This document shows positions 18,416-24,903 of a stretch of DNA of 24,903 bases, piece after piece. The first letter of the stretch is position 1; the number at the start of each line of letters is the position of its first letter. The position numbers and the translations under genes are program-made. Source of the DNA: a bacterium (GTDB lineage: Bacteria > Patescibacteriota > Patescibacteriia > UBA2591 > JAGGZP01). The stretch is from NCBI GenBank assembly GCA_021161965.1, contig JAGGZP010000021.1, positions 1-24,903 on the forward strand, in the 5' to 3' direction. The notes beneath the pieces were generated by a model. It saw only the letters and a list, made by a program, of their open reading frames with translations, made no database searches and had not been told where the DNA came from.

Positions 18416-19025
18416 GATAATAAGGATTTTAATAATTTCCGATTTTGTTTTCTTTTTTGCTTCAGGTTTGGTTAACCCAATATTTGCAATCTTTATTACA
18501 GAACAAATAAGAGGTGGGAATGTTAAGGTGGTAGGTATCTCTGCTTCTATTTTTTTAATTACCAAATCGGCTTTACAAATTCCTATCGGGATTCTTTTGG
18601 ATAAAATAAAGCACAAAAAAAGTAACTGGCATTTTCTCTTTTGGGGGTCAATGATAATAAGTCTAGTATTTCTGGGTTATTATTTTAGTAAAGAAGTTTG
18701 GCATATTTATTTGTTGCAAGCTATCTATGGAATTGGAACGGCTATTTCCCTTCCTCCTTGGCTAGCAATTTTTACTCGCCGAATTGATAAAGGAAAAGAG
18801 GCAACAGAATGGAGTATTGAATCTACAGCAACTGGTATTGCTGCCGGGATAAGTGGGGTAGTCGGCGGATTTCTCGCTTCTGTCCTTGGATTTAGATCCT
18901 TATTTCTTTTAATCGCTGTAATCTCTTTGTTCGGAACATTAATTTTAATACCCCTTTACGGATTAATTGAAGGAAAAGAAAAGTTAAAATATAAAAAGTT
19001 AATTAGAAAATATCCACCGGTATAG
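18396..19025 (+). CDS. Half-size (about 6 TM) MFS-family transporter. Start may be 18387 or 18396.
   Basis: Motif-A-like GILLDKIKHKK; about six hydrophobic segments; clean stop; overlaps the ATPase 3' end. Confidence 0.8.
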   Translation: MLRKINKIIRILIISDFVFFFASGLVNPIFAIFITEQIRGGNVKVVGISASIFLITKSALQIPIGILLDKIKHKKSNWHFLFWGSMIISLVFLGYYFSKEVWHIYLLQAIYGIGTAISLPPWLAIFTRRIDKGKEATEWSIESTATGIAAGISGVVGGFLASVLGFRSLFLLIAVISLFGTLILIPLYGLIEGKEKLKYKKLIRKYPPV

Positions 19026-19040
19026 AGTTTGTCTTGGAGG

Positions 19041-19324
19041 AACGCGGATAAACGCGGATTCACGCGGATGAAGAAAAATAAAATATAAAATATAAAAAAT
19101 AAAAAACACAAATAAAAAACTAAAAATTTAACCCCTCACTTGACTCACTATGTAGTGCCATGTAAAAATAAACAATCTTTAAAAGTCTATGTCAAAGAAC
19201 CAAGTGAGGAGGAAAATTAAAAATTTATTGGAAATTGGACATTGAACATTTATCTCTTGATTAGGTCAATTAGGTCAATTAGAAATTAGACATCTTCTTT
19301 TAGGTCAATTAGAGTAATTAGCCA
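19041..19324. repeat. Intergenic mosaic of 10-, 7- and 9-bp tandem repeats around a core with a 9-bp inverted repeat
   Basis: (a/c)acgcggat(a/t/g) x3 at 19041-19070; A-rich 7-mers x8 at 19074-19129; cctcacttg 19134-19142 / caagtgagg 19201-19209; ttggaaa ttggaca ttgaaca at 19228-19248; ttaggtcaa at 19261, 19270 and 19300. Confidence 0.9.
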
Positions 19325-19355
19325 TTCTGTTTAATTTTGTATTATTATTAATTTT

Positions 19356-20438
19356 ATGTCTCAAATCTTAGTTTTTAATTTAGGAAGTACATCACTAAAA
19401 TATAAACTATTTTCTTTAAATAAAGGAAAACTTGTTTTAATTAAAAAAAATGAGTTTGAGAATTTAGGTGAAAATAAAAAAATATCTCATGACAAGGCGA
19501 TAAAAATGGCTTTACAAGAGATTGGAGATCTAACCGACATTATCGCTATTGGTCATCGTGTTGTTCATGGTGGAAATGAATTTGTTGAACCAGCTATTAT
19601 TACCTTTAATACTCTTAAGAGGTTGGAAAAATACAATTATCTTGCACCATTACATAATCCCTATAATTTGGCCGGAATAAAAGCAACCTTAACTTATTTT
19701 CCGACTGTGCCGAATATTGCTGTTTTTGACACTGCCTTTTTTAAACATCTACCTTTAAAAACAAAAATTTATCCGATACCTTTTGAATTTTATAAAAATT
19801 TTGGTATTGAGAAATTTGGTTTTCACGGAATCTCTCATCAATACACAGCTCAGAAAGCAGCTAAGTACCTGAAAAAACCTCTGAACAAATTAAAATTAAT
19901 TACTTGCCATCTAGGGAGTGGTTGTAGTATTACAGCAATTAATAAAGGAAAACCAATTGATACAAGTATGGGTTTTACGCCCCTTGAAGGAATAACAATG
20001 ATGACTCGAAGTGGAGATATTGATCCGGGGATTATTATTGATATTCAGAGAAAAATGGCTGAGAGCAAAGATTATAAAGATATCACTGAAATAATTAATA
20101 AAACTAATCAAATTTTAAATTTTGAATCTGGGATAAAAGGTATTTGCGGGATTGATAATTATTTGCAATTATTAAAGGAAAAAGATAAAAATCCGCGGGC
20201 AAAATTGGCTTTTGAGATTTTTATTTATCGGATCCAAAAATATATTAGCGCTTATTGGGGAATTCTCAATAAAGCTGATGCAATAGTTTTTACTGGGAAA
20301 ATTGGTGAAGGTAAACCGATTACGCGAAGAAAAATTCGACAAGGCTTAAATTTTTTAAAGAAAGCAAAATTTTTAACAATAAAAACTGACGAAGAATTGG
20401 CCATCGCCCAAGAATGCTTAAGTATTTTAAAAAAATAG
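19356..20438 (+). CDS. ackA: Acetate kinase family protein
   Basis: NLGSTSLK, GHRVVHGG, APLHNP, VFDTAF, GFHGISH, HLGSGCS, TSMGFTPLEG, TRSGDIDP, TDEELAIA. Confidence 0.93.
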   Translation: MSQILVFNLGSTSLKYKLFSLNKGKLVLIKKNEFENLGENKKISHDKAIKMALQEIGDLTDIIAIGHRVVHGGNEFVEPAIITFNTLKRLEKYNYLAPLHNPYNLAGIKATLTYFPTVPNIAVFDTAFFKHLPLKTKIYPIPFEFYKNFGIEKFGFHGISHQYTAQKAAKYLKKPLNKLKLITCHLGSGCSITAINKGKPIDTSMGFTPLEGITMMTRSGDIDPGIIIDIQRKMAESKDYKDITEIINKTNQILNFESGIKGICGIDNYLQLLKEKDKNPRAKLAFEIFIYRIQKYISAYWGILNKADAIVFTGKIGEGKPITRRKIRQGLNFLKKAKFLTIKTDEELAIAQECLSILKK

Positions 20439-20557
20439 TTATAAAAGATGCTGTAAGATATCCGGTTATTGAAAAGGCCGAACAAAACCATCAGAGAAGA
20501 AAAGATGTCTTTTCTCCCGATATTAATTCATCTTTTCGATATTAACCGAACAGGATC

Positions 20558-20586
20558 TTGACAAATTTTTTTAAGTATACTATACT
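20558..20586 (+). promoter_or_regulatory. Sigma70-type promoter upstream of the KH-domain gene
   Basis: TTGACA (20558-20563), 17-bp spacer, TATACT (20581-20586). Confidence 0.8.
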
Positions 20587-20645
20587 TTAAAACAGAAAAA
20601 GGTCGATAATAGTTTATTATATCGTAATTTGCTAAGAAGAATAAT

Positions 20646-20945
20646 ATGGCAGCTAAAGCAAAAGACCAAGAATTCTTAGAATACGTTGTCAAGGCATTAG
20701 TAGAACATCCAGAAGATGTAAAAATTACTCGACACGTTGACGAGATGGGTGTTCTTCTTAGCCTTAGCGTAAATCCAGCTGATGTTGGAAGAATTATTGG
20801 TCGACAAGGTTCCATCGCTCGCGCAATTAGAACTTTACTTCGCGTTATTGGATTAAAAAATAGAGCGCGAGTTAATCTAAAAATCGAAGAACCTACCACA
20901 GCAGAAAAAAAATCAGCTGGTAGTGAGGCAGAATTAAAATTATAA
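20646..20945 (+). CDS. khpA: KH-domain RNA-binding protein (KhpA/UPF0109 family)
   Basis: LEYVVKALVEHPEDV and DVGRIIGRQGSIARAIRTLL; next to trmD. Confidence 0.9.
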   Translation: MAAKAKDQEFLEYVVKALVEHPEDVKITRHVDEMGVLLSLSVNPADVGRIIGRQGSIARAIRTLLRVIGLKNRARVNLKIEEPTTAEKKSAGSEAELKL

Positions 20946-20963
20946 TCCTCCTTAAAATATTTA

Positions 20964-20996
20964 AAGTAGAAATCGCTCTGAGAGCGATTTCTACTT
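20964..20996. terminator. Perfect 16-bp inverted repeat between the KH gene and trmD (terminator or binding site)
   Basis: aagtagaaatcgctct-g-agagcgatttctactt; no long T-tract. Confidence 0.55.
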
Positions 20997-21011
20997 ATTA
21001 AAATTTCGAAA

Positions 21012-21749
21012 ATGTTTCAAATTGATATTATTACAATTTTTCCAGATATTTTTAACTCCTATTTTAATACCTCAATTATAAAACGAGCACAAGACAAAAA
21101 GTTGATCAAGATAAAAATTATTAATTTACGCAATTTTACTCGAGATAAACACAAAACAGTTGACGACAAGCCATATGGGGGTGGGCCAGGAATGATACTC
21201 AGACCGGATGTTATTTATCGAGCAATTGTTTCTAGAAAAGCAAAAAGAAAAAATAAAAAGGGCAAAGTTATTTTGTTTACACCTACTGGCAAACAATTTA
21301 ACCAAAGGATTGCTAAAAAATATACAAAGTTAGATTATTTAATTTTAGTCTCCGGACATTATGAGGGGATTGATGCGAGGGTAAACAAATTTGTTGATGA
21401 AAAAATTTCAATTGGTCCTTACATTCTGACTGGCGGTGAATTACCAGCAATGATTGTTGTTGATGCTGTCACTCGATTGATTTCTGGAGTTATTAAACCT
21501 GAAAGTTTAGAAGAAGAAACTGAATTAAAAATTTGCCTACCTACCGGCAGGCAGGAAAATTCTAAATTAAAAATTATTGCGGAATATCCACAATACACCC
21601 GCCCTGAAGTGTTGACAATCAGAGATAAATATGGTAAAAAAATAGTGTTACGAGTACCAAAAATTCTTTTAAGTGGGAATCATAAAAAAATAAAAGAGTG
21701 GAGACAAAAACATAGAAAACAGTTGACAAAAAAATTTGATATTTTATAA
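21012..21749 (+). CDS. trmD: tRNA (guanine-37-N1)-methyltransferase TrmD
   Basis: VDDKPYGGGPGM, GHYEGIDARV, ISIGPYILTGGELPAM, EYPQYTRPE, VPKILLSGNH. Confidence 0.98.
   Translation: MFQIDIITIFPDIFNSYFNTSIIKRAQDKKLIKIKIINLRNFTRDKHKTVDDKPYGGGPGMILRPDVIYRAIVSRKAKRKNKKGKVILFTPTGKQFNQRIAKKYTKLDYLILVSGHYEGIDARVNKFVDEKISIGPYILTGGELPAMIVVDAVTRLISGVIKPESLEEETELKICLPTGRQENSKLKIIAEYPQYTRPEVLTIRDKYGKKIVLRVPKILLSGNHKKIKEWRQKHRKQLTKKFDIL
21520..21575. repeat. 20-bp imperfect palindrome inside a 7-bp repeat array, in-frame within trmD
   Basis: ctgaatt aaaaatt tg [cctacctaccggcaggcagg 21536-21555] aaaatt ctaaatt aaaaatt; translated as ELKICLPTGRQENSKLKI. Confidence 0.8.
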
Positions 21750-21750
21750 T
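21723..21750 (+). promoter_or_regulatory. Sigma70-type promoter of the 16S unit, inside the trmD 3' end
   Basis: TTGACA (21723-21728), 16-bp spacer, TATAAT (21745-21750); same geometry as the 23S promoter. Confidence 0.9.
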
Positions 21751-21761
21751 TAAAACAAATT

Positions 21762-21769
21762 TGTTCTTT

Positions 21770-21773
<4 letters not shown>
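21762..21773 (+). promoter_or_regulatory. boxA-like element in the 16S leader
   Basis: TGTTCTTTAAAT overlapping the start of the processing stem, as in the 23S leader. Confidence 0.65.
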
Positions 21774-23437
<1,664 letters not shown>

Positions 23438-23439
23438 TT

Positions 23440-23468
23440 AAAAAGAAGTGGATATCCACTTCTTTTTT
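23440..23468 (+). terminator. Intrinsic terminator of the 16S unit (28-bp perfect palindrome)
   Basis: aaaaagaagtggat|atccacttcttttt followed by further T. Confidence 0.85.
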
Positions 23469-23470
23469 TC

Positions 23471-23498
23471 TTGCATTTATTAGAAAGTTTGGTAGAAT
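23471..23498 (+). promoter_or_regulatory. Promoter of radA, 6 nt before its ATG
   Basis: TTGCAT (23471-23476), 16-bp spacer containing TG at 23490-23491, TAGAAT (23493-23498). Confidence 0.7.
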
Positions 23499-23504
23499 AT
23501 AAGT

Positions 23505-24857
23505 ATGCCGAAAGAAAATAAAGCAATTTATATTTGTTCAAATTGCGGTGCTCAATTTCCGAAGTGGTTTGGCCAATGTCCAGAATGTGGTGCCTGGGGA
23601 ACATTAAAAAAACAAGAAATTATTGCCGACACAAAGAAAATAAAAATTTCTGAAATAAAAGCTATTCCTTTTAAAGAGATAAAAACCCAAGTATTTTCAA
23701 GAATTAAAACTGATATTCGAGAATTAGATAATGTTTTTGGTGGAGGAATAGTTAATGGTTCGCTTATCCTTTTAGGTGGGGAACCAGGTATTGGAAAAAG
23801 TACATTAGTTCTTCAAATCGCTCACAATTTAGCAAAGAAAAATATAAAAAAGTCTGTTCTTTATATTTCTGGCGAAGAATCAGGTGAACAAATTAAAATG
23901 CGTATGAATCGATTAGAAATCTTTGATGAAAATATTAAATTTTTAGGAGAAACAAATATAGAAAAAATATGTTTGTTAATTAAAAAAATAGAGCCTTTAT
24001 TAGTGATTATTGATTCTATACAGACAACGTATTCTGCAGAGATAGAATCAGAACCTGGCAGTATAAATCAAGTTCGTGTTTGTACAGTAAAACTTCTGGA
24101 AATAGCAAAAAAATATGCCATTCCGATATTTTTAATCGGTCATATAACAAAAGGCGGTGTAGTTGCTGGACCAAAAACATTAGAACATTTAGTCGATACA
24201 GTAGTTTATTTAGAGGGTGACCGTTATCATCAGTTTAGATTATTAAGAACAGTAAAAAATCGATTCGGAACAACTGATGAAATTGGTGTTTTTAAAATGA
24301 CAAATAAAGGATTAATTGAAGTACAAAATCCATCAGAGGTATTCTTAAGCAGCAACCGCCAACCTGAAACAGGTATTGTTACAGGTGTAATTATTAAAGG
24401 AACAAGACCATTTTTAGTTGAAATTCAATCTTTAGTAACAAAAACTCATTATGGTTATCCACAAAGAAGAGCAATTGGTTTTGATATCAATCGTTTAGAA
24501 CTTTTAATTGCTGTTCTTTCCAAACGTTTAGGATTGGGATTAGGTAATTACGATATCCATTTAAATATTGCTGGAGGGATAAAGGTGAATGAACCAGCAG
24601 TGGATTTTCCTGTTTGTTTATCAATGATTTCTGCATTCAAAAATAAAATTTTTGATAAGTGGACAGCAGTATTTGGTGAAGTTGGTTTAGGTGCAGAAAT
24701 TAGACCAGTTTCAGCAACAGAAAAAAGAATAAAAGCAGCAGAAAAAATAGGTTTTAAAAAAATTTTTATTCCGAAAGTCAGAGAAAAAATTAATAAAAGT
24801 AATTATAGAATTAAAATTATTGAAGTCGAAAATTTAAAAGATATTTTAAGACAATGA
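23505..24857 (+). CDS. radA: DNA repair protein RadA/Sms
   Basis: C4 zinc finger CSNC..CPEC, Walker A GGEPGIGKST, IIDSIQT, KNRFG motif, Lon-like C-terminus GEVGLGAEIRPV. Confidence 0.98.
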   Translation: MPKENKAIYICSNCGAQFPKWFGQCPECGAWGTLKKQEIIADTKKIKISEIKAIPFKEIKTQVFSRIKTDIRELDNVFGGGIVNGSLILLGGEPGIGKSTLVLQIAHNLAKKNIKKSVLYISGEESGEQIKMRMNRLEIFDENIKFLGETNIEKICLLIKKIEPLLVIIDSIQTTYSAEIESEPGSINQVRVCTVKLLEIAKKYAIPIFLIGHITKGGVVAGPKTLEHLVDTVVYLEGDRYHQFRLLRTVKNRFGTTDEIGVFKMTNKGLIEVQNPSEVFLSSNRQPETGIVTGVIIKGTRPFLVEIQSLVTKTHYGYPQRRAIGFDINRLELLIAVLSKRLGLGLGNYDIHLNIAGGIKVNEPAVDFPVCLSMISAFKNKIFDKWTAVFGEVGLGAEIRPVSATEKRIKAAEKIGFKKIFIPKVREKINKSNYRIKIIEVENLKDILRQ

Positions 24858-24903
24858 AGTCAAAATTGCAAAAAGTTATTATATTTATTGTCATATTGAT
24901 AAT

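Noticed and set aside
19126-19230. Possible integron attC site (ATTTAAC fits RYYYAAC and is followed by an inverted repeat)
   Set aside because: No matching GTTRRRY on the right side and no integrase or cassette array.
20439-20557. ackA-KH gap as an rpsP remnant or small gene; contains hairpin 20498-20515 and cgatattaa twice
   Set aside because: No S16-like frame and no convincing start. At most a weak terminator.
24455-24463. Second TTATCCACA, suggesting an origin
   Set aside because: It lies inside radA codons (GYPQ). There is no box cluster and no dnaA nearby.

Overview
A low-GC stretch of core chromosome with every recognisable gene on the + strand. The source is most likely Patescibacteria/CPR (Parcubacteria-like). 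This is inferred from 16S variants (GGAATAGACGG, GTACTCACCG, non-canonical anti-SD) and gene content; TGA is read as stop. Gene order: a surface protein, ybeY, dgkA-family, ftsA, ftsZ, rplY, DUF3048, tRNA-Ser(CGA), an RmlC-like cupin, a stand-alone 23S-5S unit, an EndoQ-like PHP nuclease, argS, an amino-acid permease, a P-type ATPase, a half-size MFS, ackA, a KH-domain protein, trmD, a stand-alone 16S unit about 10.3 kb after the 5S, and radA. The 23S carries a 750-nt group I intron at L1917 with an intact single-motif LAGLIDADG endonuclease, and a 210-nt non-coding intervening sequence (IVS) in helix 25. The most unusual signals are five. (1) The IVS contains a 17-mer exactly complementary to its two loop ends joined together. 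(2) A palindromic element within a 7-bp repeat array sits in-frame in the TrmD linker, and similar short-period repeats cluster at 92-145 and 19041-19324. (3) Both rRNA terminators run straight into extended -10 promoters for apparently leaderless DNA-repair genes. (4) The 23S leader has a uORF plus competing terminator/antiterminator hairpins. (5) The 16S promoter is also the coding sequence for the TrmD C-terminus. All calls were made by eye, with no searches or folding runs. rRNA ends are approximate, and E. coli numbering comes from manual alignment.
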